This document shows, piece by piece, positions 8,433 through 15,233 of a DNA stretch of 64,000 nt. The DNA comes from Acidobacteriota bacterium (GTDB lineage Bacteria > Acidobacteriota > Vicinamibacteria > Vicinamibacterales > Fen-181), in contig PMZR01000140.1 in assembly GCA_003170135.1 (NCBI GenBank), positions 4,382 to 68,381 of the forward strand, in the 5' to 3' direction. Every line of letters begins with the position of its first letter. The stretch's first letter is position 1. The translations under genes were made by a program, and so were the position numbers. The notes below the pieces were generated by a model. The model saw only the letters and a list, made by a program, of their open reading frames with translations, made no database searches and was not told where the DNA came from.

Positions 8433-10334
8433 TCAATTCGTCGTTCTCTTCCCGGGCGCCGGCACCTTCACCGACGCCGCCTGAAGAATGTGCCGGAGCG
8501 GCACCTCGCGCTGCGTCGGCTTGCCATTGACGATGGTCTCACCGGTGCCCTGCGCCGCATCTTCATCCTGCACGAACGCGACGACCACCAGGTGCGTCGG
8601 ATCGATGTCGTCCATGCGCGAGCTGAACGTCGGCTTCTCGGTGCCGCCGCGGAACGGCTTCGACAGGAACTCGTCGATGAACTTCCTGTTCTCGGCGAGG
8701 ATCTTCGGGAGATCGAACACCCACTCGGCGCGGGCGCCCTTGCCCGCGGGCACCGCGAAGCCGGCCCCGTCCGTCCCCGCCATCGCGCGCACGACCATCG
8801 GGTGGTACCTGATGCCGTTGCCGCCGTGGTAGCGCAGGCGTTCTTCCGCCAGCACGATGTGCAGGCGCAGCTTGTTCGACTTGCTCGTCACCTTGTCCAC
8901 CGCCGCGCTCACCCTGATGCCCGAGGCGGTCACGCTGGCCTTGAGATTCAACCTGGCTTCGGGCTGCACCGCGAGGGCCTTTTCGATTGCCGGGCTGATG
9001 CTGCGCGTGAAGTAGCGCACGGCCTGGTCGGCGCCCCCGCCGCCCGCGCCGTCCGTCTTTCCGTCGATGTAGTTGGTCGGCACGCCGCGGACGTTGTAGA
9101 ACTTCAGCCGCTTCTCCGTTGACGGATTCGTCATCGGGTCGGGACCCGGGATGTGCTGGTGGTAGACGAGCAACGCCAGGTCCCGGGGCTTGTAGCGTTC
9201 GAGCGCCGCTTCGAACGCCAGGTCGATCCCGACGCACGGCGGGCATTCGGCGCCCGTGAAGAGCTCCGCCACCACGAGGCGCGGCTCCTTCGTCTTCGGC
9301 CGCGCGAAGGGCGCGGCGTCGATTTTCGGCAGCGACTTCGCGTACATCGCATCGAGCGTCGCCTCGAGGCCCTCGATCGATCCGCCGTGGGTCTTCTTGT
9401 AGGCATCGCGGAGCTCGGTGTGCACCTCCGGCCGCGCCCCGGCGACGACGCTGTCGAGCAGGTACTGCACCAGCGCCTTGTCGTCCCCGGCCTTGCGCGC
9501 GAAGTTGGCCAGCTCGCGCACCGCAATCGTCTTGGCCGAGGAGGGCAGATCGGGATTCGCGTAGACCTCCCTGAAGGTCTTCTCCGCTTCCGCGTTCTTC
9601 CCGCGCTTCAGGTAAATCTGGCCGAGCGTGTTCTGCAGCTGCGCCCGCTGCGACCGGAACTGCGCGCGCAGGTCATCGTCGGTCGGCGCGCTCGGGGCGG
9701 CATCGGTTCGCGGGGGCATGAGCGTGGCCGTCACCTGGCCGCCGATGCCGGAGAACATCACGCCGCCCGTTGCCGCCTTTGGCTTGCTGGCGGCGGCTTT
9801 CGCGCGCTCGCGCACCCCCTTGATGTAGCCGGCTTCGTCTTCAGCCGCGAGCCCCTTCAGGGCGTAGTCCTCTGCCTGCTCGAAGAGCACGCCCGCGCGC
9901 AGCATCTCGCTCGCAATCAGGTAGTGGTTCATCATCGCAAACGACGTGGTCGACTGGACGTACTTGTCGGCCTCGACGAAGTACTTCTTCGTGGCGTCGC
10001 CCAGGCTGCGCAGATACTGGCTTCGGATCTCGGACGTCGCGGTCGATTTCAGCTGACTGTCCGGAAAATCCGTCACGAACTTCTGCAGCGCGTCGATCCG
10101 TTTCTGCGGCTCGGCCGTTCTCGACGCCTCGTTGAACGCCTTGAAGTCGGCCGGCTGATCGACGCCCTGACCGGCATCCGCCGGTGGCTTCGCCTGGGGC
10201 GCCTGCGCGGGCGGTTGCGGTGCATGCACCTGCCTCTCGTGCGGCGAGGCGGCCAGGGAGGTCGCGAGGGGGCTGGCAGCGACCAGCAGAAGAAGGCCGA
10301 AGGCCACGGCGGCGATCCAGTGAACGCGTCTCAT
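8433..10334 (-). CDS. exported TPR plus thioredoxin-like (CPPC) protein, paralogue 2
   Basis: Same architecture as paralogue 1 (ELFTGAECPPCVGIDLAF...YHQHIPGPDPMTN, C-terminus ...KRTTN). ATG 10334 sits in the same tcatgagcgg context as paralogue 1. The longer ORF extension is rejected. Confidence 0.75.
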   Translation of the reverse strand: MRRVHWIAAVAFGLLLLVAASPLATSLAASPHERQVHAPQPPAQAPQAKPPADAGQGVDQPADFKAFNEASRTAEPQKRIDALQKFVTDFPDSQLKSTATSEIRSQYLRSLGDATKKYFVEADKYVQSTTSFAMMNHYLIASEMLRAGVLFEQAEDYALKGLAAEDEAGYIKGVRERAKAAASKPKAATGGVMFSGIGGQVTATLMPPRTDAAPSAPTDDDLRAQFRSQRAQLQNTLGQIYLKRGKNAEAEKTFREVYANPDLPSSAKTIAVRELANFARKAGDDKALVQYLLDSVVAGARPEVHTELRDAYKKTHGGSIEGLEATLDAMYAKSLPKIDAAPFARPKTKEPRLVVAELFTGAECPPCVGIDLAFEAALERYKPRDLALLVYHQHIPGPDPMTNPSTEKRLKFYNVRGVPTNYIDGKTDGAGGGGADQAVRYFTRSISPAIEKALAVQPEARLNLKASVTASGIRVSAAVDKVTSKSNKLRLHIVLAEERLRYHGGNGIRYHPMVVRAMAGTDGAGFAVPAGKGARAEWVFDLPKILAENRKFIDEFLSKPFRGGTEKPTFSSRMDDIDPTHLVVVAFVQDEDAAQGTGETIVNGKPTQREVPLRHILQAASVKVPAPGKRTTN

Positions 10335-10412
10335 GAGCGGGCTCCGGGGGCAGGGCGCGAACGGGGGAGGCGCGTATGTTAGCAGAGCCCGGGCACGGCA
10401 GGTAGGGCGGAG

Positions 10413-10466
10413 GTGCGGGGTGCGCCGTGCGAAGTGCGTGGTGCGGTGCCGGGTGCGCCGTGCGGG
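10413..10466 (+). repeat. heptamer tandem array GTGCGNN (about 7 units, single arm)
   Basis: gtgcggg gtgcgcc gtgcgaa gtgcgtg gtgcggt (gccgg) gtgcgcc gtgcggg, in a divergent intergenic region. Confidence 0.9.
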
Positions 10467-10530
10467 CGGGCATGCCGCTCGCTCATCCGTTATAGTTACG
10501 CGGACATCCTCGCACAGAGGTGACTGCATC

Positions 10531-11040
10531 ATGCGCGTGCTTTCGCCGGCCTGGATCGTCGTTCTCGTCCTCTGTGTCGCTCCGGCGGCCTGGGCGCAGG
10601 ATCGTGCCGACACCGTGCTCGTGTTCCGCGGCGCAAACTCGCACGAGACGTACTTCACGATGCACAACATCCGCGCAGCACACGCGATCACGAAAGGGAA
10701 GGGCGCGAAGATCGGCATTCTCGACCACTCGTTCGGGTTCGACGTGCATCCCGGCCTGTACGCCGGCGGCCAGCCGTTCCAGGCCGACGACTGGGCGCAG
10801 ACCTTCCACGAGCGCTCGCACCACGGCTACTGGATGGCGCTCGTTGCGCACGAGATCGCGCCCGAGGCCGAGATCTACGCGCTCGGCACGTCGAGCAGCG
10901 ACGAAAGGGTGAAGGTGGACGCGATGGTGAAGGCGATCGACTGGGCGATCGCCCACGACAGTAGAGGGCGGCGAGCGGCAGGCGGGTCCTACCAGACGAA
11001 CGGCACGATGCGTTTGGTGCGCGCCATGTACTGGCGATAG
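10531..11040 (+). pseudogene. truncated S8 (subtilisin-family) peptidase remnant
   Basis: Signal peptide, an Asp-region GILDHSFG and a His-region SHHGYWMA are present. The reading frame degenerates after AIDWAIAHD and no catalytic Ser region follows. The 3' end overlaps the convergent gene by 52 nt. Confidence 0.5.
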
Positions 11041-11576
11041 GGATCGCCCAGCGTCGCGACGAGCGCCGCTTCCTCGACGTGCATGCGATAGCCGTAGACG
11101 ACGGCGAGCATTACGAGAATGACGAGCACGCTCGCCCAGTTGGTCAATGCGAACCCGAGGCCGAGAAAGAGCAGGGTGGCGCCCGCGTAGGACGGATGGC
11201 GCAGCACGCGATAGGCGCCGCGTTCGACGATGGCCTGGCTGGGTTCCACGTCGACGACCGGCTTGAACGAGGCGCCCAGCACCCGGAAGCAGTGCTGGCG
11301 GACGAGCGCCCCGGCCGCGATGAGCGCGAGCCCGATCCAGAAAACGACCACGCGCCCGGTGACGATCGCGGCGCCGCGCGCTTCGAACGCGCACACGAAC
11401 GCGATGGTCGCGCCGACGCCGTTACCGAGCATGATCACGAAGACCGAGCCGCGGTCCTGGCGGGCCGGCCGCCGGCGGCCCGCTTTTCGGATGAGCAGGA
11501 ACTCCGGGACGAAGACCCCGACGTAGAGCGTCCAGAAGACGATGACGTACGGGTACACGAAGGGCAGTGGGCGCAC
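10989..11576 (-). CDS. isoprenylcysteine carboxyl methyltransferase (ICMT) family membrane protein
   Basis: Multi-pass membrane profile. C-terminal motif RHPSYAG...EE..L...G..Y..Y is typical of the ICMT/PEMT family. Confidence 0.8.
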   Translation of the reverse strand: MRPLPFVYPYVIVFWTLYVGVFVPEFLLIRKAGRRRPARQDRGSVFVIMLGNGVGATIAFVCAFEARGAAIVTGRVVVFWIGLALIAAGALVRQHCFRVLGASFKPVVDVEPSQAIVERGAYRVLRHPSYAGATLLFLGLGFALTNWASVLVILVMLAVVYGYRMHVEEAALVATLGDPYRQYMARTKRIVPFVW

Positions 11577-11711
11577 GGGCTTCCTCTAATATTCCACATT
11601 CGCTGTGCCGCGATCCAGATTGCCCGCCGGCTCAACTGCAGCCAATTGCCTTCAGCCTTCACGTCCGATTGCGGCGAGTCGGCGCACGGTTGCCGCTGGT
11701 ATTCTCATCGG

Positions 11712-12719
11712 ATGGAAACCCCGACCATCAATGCCGAAAGCGGTGTCTTCGCGTCCGAGCTTCTCCTGCGCCGCGACCGGCTCGAACGCGCGGTGGCGCG
11801 AAATCTCGGAGACCGCCACCTGGAGCACCTCCTGTCCGAAGTCGATGCGGCGTTGCAGCGCATCGAGAAGGGGACCTTCGGGTTGTGCGAGACGTGCGGC
11901 GGCGAAATCGAGCACGATCGCCTGCTGGCCGATCCCCTGGTGCGGTACTGCCTCGAGGATCTCACGCCGGGTGAGCAGCGCGCGCTCGAACAGGACCTGC
12001 AGCTCGCGGCAGAGATCCAGCGCGGCCTGCTGCCGCAGCCCTCGGTCCGGACCCACGGCTGGGAAGTGTCGCATCACTTCGCGCCGCTCGGCGTCGTCAG
12101 CGGCGACTATTGCGACGTGGTGGTGCCTGACGGCAGCGACGGGCACGGCTTCTTCCTGCTTGGCGACGTCTCCGGCAAGGGTGTGGCCGCCTCGATCCTG
12201 ATGGCCAACCTGCACGCCACGTTCCGCACGCTGCTGGCGAGCCGCCTGCCGATCGACGCGCTGCTGGAGCGCGCGAACCGCCTGTTCTGCGAGAGCACGA
12301 TCGCGAGCCAGTACGCCACGCTCGTGTGCGTGAAGGCCTCGCCGGACGGCGAGGTGGAGGTTGCCAACGCCGGGCACTGCCCGGTGCTGGTCCGTTCGGA
12401 GGCGGGCACCCGCGTGATGCAGTCTGGCGGCCTGCCGCTCGGCATGTTCTGCAGCTCGCAGTACCCGATCGAGCGCACGCGCCTCGACCGCGGCGATCTC
12501 ATGCTGCTGTACACGGACGGCGTGATCGAAGCGCGCAACGCGGCTGACGCCGAGTACGGCCACGACCGGCTGCTGGCCATGTTCGAAGGCCTGGCCCCCG
12601 AGACCCGGAGGGACCCGGCGCGCGTCACGCAGGCCTGCCTCGATCACCTGGCGGCATTTCGGGACGGCGCCCCGCGACGCGACGACGTGACCATCATGGC
12701 CGTGCGGCGGATGGAGTGA
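11712..12719 (+). CDS. DksA/TraR-type zinc-finger domain fused to a PP2C (SpoIIE-family) phosphatase
   Basis: N-terminal coiled region plus CETCGGEIEHDRLLADPLVRYC. C-terminal SGDYCDV...LGDVSGKGVAASILMA...LLYTDGVIEA PP2C/SpoIIE motifs. In-frame ATG 11712. Confidence 0.8.
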   Translation: METPTINAESGVFASELLLRRDRLERAVARNLGDRHLEHLLSEVDAALQRIEKGTFGLCETCGGEIEHDRLLADPLVRYCLEDLTPGEQRALEQDLQLAAEIQRGLLPQPSVRTHGWEVSHHFAPLGVVSGDYCDVVVPDGSDGHGFFLLGDVSGKGVAASILMANLHATFRTLLASRLPIDALLERANRLFCESTIASQYATLVCVKASPDGEVEVANAGHCPVLVRSEAGTRVMQSGGLPLGMFCSSQYPIERTRLDRGDLMLLYTDGVIEARNAADAEYGHDRLLAMFEGLAPETRRDPARVTQACLDHLAAFRDGAPRRDDVTIMAVRRME

Positions 12720-12732
12720 GGCGCGACGCAGA

Positions 12733-12781
12733 GGGGTCAGGTCGTGAAAAAACTGGCCAATCAAGACCTGACCCCACTTGG
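12733..12781. repeat. REP-like palindromic element, type 1 (GGGGTCAGGTC...GACCTGACCCC)
   Basis: ggggtcaggtcgtgaaaaaactggccaatcaagacctgaccccacttgg. A near-identical copy lies at 24963-25011. Located between convergent genes. Confidence 0.85.
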
Positions 12782-12812
12782 CGCATGATCTCGTGGACCT
12801 GAACGGCCTGCG

Positions 12813-13343
12813 CTACTGCAGCAGGCTCTCCACCAGTTTCTCGAACTGGCGCTCGCGGTCGTCGCTGTTCAATCGCACCTTCGCCACGACGCGACCCTGC
12901 CGGTCGATGACGTACTCGGTCGGCGCGCCGCCGACGCCGTAGGCTTTCTTGATGTCCGGACTGCCCTTGAACGCCGCGAACGTGTAGTGCTTCTCGTCCA
13001 GGAACGGCTGCACCAGGTCATCCTGCTTCTCGACGATGTTGACGGCCAGCACCGTGAGGCCCTTGCCACGGTACTTCTCGGTCACGCGCTGCAGGCGAGG
13101 GAACTCCTCGCGGCAGTACGGTCACGTGGGGAAGAAGAAGTAGAGCAGCACGACGTTGCCGCGCACGTCCGACAGCGACACGTCGCGATCGTGTGTGTAC
13201 GGCGTCAGCGAGAAATCCGGCGCCGCCTGCGGCTCCGCAGCCTGTGGGTCGCCGTCCATGCCCGCCGCGGCGATCGCCCGTGGCGGCGAGGTCAGCGGCA
13301 GTGTCACGACCAACAGTGCAAGGAGCAGCGGAGTGCGGCGCAT
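12813..13343 (-). CDS. TlpA/redoxin-family thiol-disulfide oxidoreductase, candidate selenoprotein (UxxC; TGA at 13122-13124 read as Sec)
   Basis: Two ORFs (13343-13122 and 13085-12813) share one frame and are separated only by a single TGA. The joined product reads ...VVLLYFFFPT-U-PYCREEFPRLQRVTEKYRGKGLTVLAVN..., which parallels the WCxxC...KGL.V..V core of TlpA/ResA. N-terminal signal peptide present. Confidence 0.6.
13089..13116 (-). promoter_or_regulatory. SECIS-like stem-loop immediately downstream of the in-frame UGA
   Basis: The mRNA CUGC-C-GCGAGG-AGUUC-CCUCGC-CU-GCAG folds as 4 bp, a small internal loop, 6 bp and a 5-nt apical loop containing GU. By hand fold the apical loop begins 16 nt after the UGA. 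Confidence 0.45.
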
Positions 13344-13409
13344 GATGTCTCCCGGCGGTCCTGGGTTCCGACCGCCCGGCGTTCAGGAGCCCGGTCGGCC
13401 ACGGCAAGT

Positions 13410-13421
13410 ATAGGTACCTAT
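13410..13421. promoter_or_regulatory. perfect 12-bp palindrome ATAGGTACCTAT, candidate operator
   Basis: Read directly. Lies in the divergent region between the Sec-TlpA gene and ferritin, about 100 nt upstream of the ferritin ATG. Confidence 0.3.
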
Positions 13422-13521
13422 CGGCACGACAGCCGTTTTTTTATTGGGGTTCCGTGCCAAATGGCTGGGCTGTCCGTTTCTCAGCTATGATGGAGGTTCA
13501 ACCCTTTCACGAGGCACCGAC

Positions 13522-14004
13522 ATGCTGATCAGCAAGGAACTGAACGCGGCGGTCAACGAGGAGATCGGTCTCGAGCTGTTCGCCTCGCACCAGTACATGG
13601 CGATGGCGGCCTATTTCGATGAAATTGCGCTGAAGAAGCTGTCGCAGCTGTTCTTCAAACAGGGCGAGGAAGAGCGGTCGCACGCGATGAAGTTCATCAA
13701 GTACCTGATGGACGCCGGCGGCAAAGTGGAGATTCCGGCCATCAAGGCGCCGCAGGCCGCCTTCGCGACCGTCGAAGAAGCCATCCGCGTCTCGCTGGAC
13801 TGGGAGCTGGAAGTGACCCGCCGCATCAACGCGCTGATGGCGCTCGCGATCGACCAGAAGGATTACATCGCCCAGGACTTCCTGCGGTGGTTCGAGACCG
13901 AGCAGCTCGAGGAAGTGTCCACGATGGACCGGTTGCTGAAGGTCGTCAAGCTGACGGGCGAGCGGAACCTGATTATGATCGAGGGTTATCTGTCGCACGA
14001 ATAG
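13522..14004 (+). CDS. ftn: ferritin (non-haem, Ftn-type)
   Basis: Ferroxidase-centre pattern LN..VNEE...S..Y..MA.Y, EERSHA and QLEEV. 160 aa. Confidence 0.9.
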   Translation: MLISKELNAAVNEEIGLELFASHQYMAMAAYFDEIALKKLSQLFFKQGEEERSHAMKFIKYLMDAGGKVEIPAIKAPQAAFATVEEAIRVSLDWELEVTRRINALMALAIDQKDYIAQDFLRWFETEQLEEVSTMDRLLKVVKLTGERNLIMIEGYLSHE

Positions 14005-14013
14005 ATCATCAAT

Positions 14014-14062
14014 GTCCGGAGTCCGGAGTCCGAAGTCGGAAAGTCCGGCCTCCGAGTCCTGC
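14014..14062. repeat. heptamer tandem array GTCCGGA/GTCCGAA (about 7 units, self-complementary unit)
   Basis: gtccgga gtccgga gtccgaa gtcggaa a gtccggc ctccga gtcctgc. Starts 10 nt after the ferritin stop. Confidence 0.9.
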
Positions 14063-14287
14063 ACACCGTTCGCGACGTGGGGGCCGAGCTTGCTCGGCCC
14101 CTCGCGCCTGCGGGGTGGAGCACGCTCCGCCCGTTCTGCCTTCCGCCCTCCCTCGTGAAGACGCCCTCCGCGCTCAATGTCGTTGACAGCAGACAGCTCA
14201 GCCGATAGGATGCGCGGCAACGGCCGGCGTTTGTTCCATTCGCCAACACGATCGCCAACTTATCACCACGCAGAATGGAGGCGGCAC

Positions 14288-14587
14288 ATGCTCCGCATCC
14301 TGCGAGCCAGCTTGGTCGTCATCGTGGGCGCGTTGTTCGTCAGTTGCCTCAATCCCCTGGCGCCTGTGCCACAGGATCCGTGCCCCGGCTCGCTCACGTG
14401 CAGATCCCCCTCGGTCCCGAACGGAGTCACCTGCTGCGTGAACCCGTACAACTCGTCGGTCGGGTACTTGTGCGCCTATGGCGCGAACTACCAGCCGGCA
14501 GGTTGCATGAACCAGGACCAGGCGAGCCAGACCTGCGGAGTGTACAACATGCCGTACACCGTCGTGCGGTGCGTGGCTGGCGGCTAG
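14288..14587 (+). CDS. small Cys-rich lipoprotein (hypothetical)
   Basis: Signal peptide with lipobox LFVSC. 8 further Cys residues in 79 mature residues. Immediately upstream of the DsbA-like gene. Confidence 0.6.
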   Translation: MLRILRASLVVIVGALFVSCLNPLAPVPQDPCPGSLTCRSPSVPNGVTCCVNPYNSSVGYLCAYGANYQPAGCMNQDQASQTCGVYNMPYTVVRCVAGG

Positions 14588-14608
14588 TCGCGATACAGGG
14601 AGGGCGTC

Positions 14609-15232
14609 ATGGGTTCCAGCCGGTTGCGCGACGCGTTCCCTACCACCTTTCTGCTGGTCCTGCTCGCGTTGAGCGTCGCGACGAACCTGGTCTTTGTCGC
14701 CAGGCAGATGGGATGGCACCTGCCGTCGAGGAGCGTGCAGATTCCAGCGGTGACGCCGTCGGACCACATCCGCGGCGACGCGCACGCGGCCGTCACGATC
14801 GTCGAGTACGGCGACTTCCAGTGTCCGTTCTGCGCGACGTTTCACGCGTCGATGGTGCAGCTGTCGCGCGAACGCAGATTCCGCTGGGTCTACCGGCACT
14901 TTCCGCTCACGACCATCCACGCATCGGCGCTGCAGGCCGCCGAGGCCGCCGAGTGCGCCGGCGACCAGGGGCGCTTCTGGCAGTACGCCGACGCGCTCTT
15001 CCAACGCCAGCAGAAGCTGTCGCCCGCCGAATTATCGAGCATCGCCGCCGATGTCGGCATCGACGCGGCCAAGTTCGGCCCGTGCCTCGCCTCGGAGCAG
15101 CACCGCCAGCGGGTGTTGGACGATGCGCAGGCCGGCGGGGCCCGCATCTCGGGAACGCCGACCTTCTACATCAACGGCAAGCGATTCGAGGGAGTTCTGC
15201 CGCTGCAGACCCTTGAACAGCTCGTTCGCTGA
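14609..15232 (+). CDS. DsbA-family thioredoxin-fold oxidoreductase, membrane-anchored
   Basis: N-terminal TM segment. YGDFQCPFCATF active site and the GTPTFYING cis-Pro loop motif. Confidence 0.85.
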   Translation: MGSSRLRDAFPTTFLLVLLALSVATNLVFVARQMGWHLPSRSVQIPAVTPSDHIRGDAHAAVTIVEYGDFQCPFCATFHASMVQLSRERRFRWVYRHFPLTTIHASALQAAEAAECAGDQGRFWQYADALFQRQQKLSPAELSSIAADVGIDAAKFGPCLASEQHRQRVLDDAQAGGARISGTPTFYINGKRFEGVLPLQTLEQLVR

Positions 15233-15233
15233 C

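Noticed and set aside
8433-10718. N-terminal 128-aa extension of Trx-like paralogue 2; likewise 6515-8431 for paralogue 1.
   Set aside because: The extension translates the GTGCGNN array and promoter region. The internal ATG at 10334 gives a proper signal peptide and shares its sequence context with the paralogue 1 start.
13122-13124. Alternative reading of the in-frame TGA as a simple nonsense mutation (pseudogene), or as two separate genes.
   Set aside because: Not fully rejected. I rank it below the Sec hypothesis for three reasons. The stop falls exactly on the catalytic Cys codon. The downstream frame stays open and family-like for 103 more codons. A SECIS-like hairpin follows at the appropriate distance. 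The downstream ORF alone (GTG 13085) would lack both the signal peptide and the active site.
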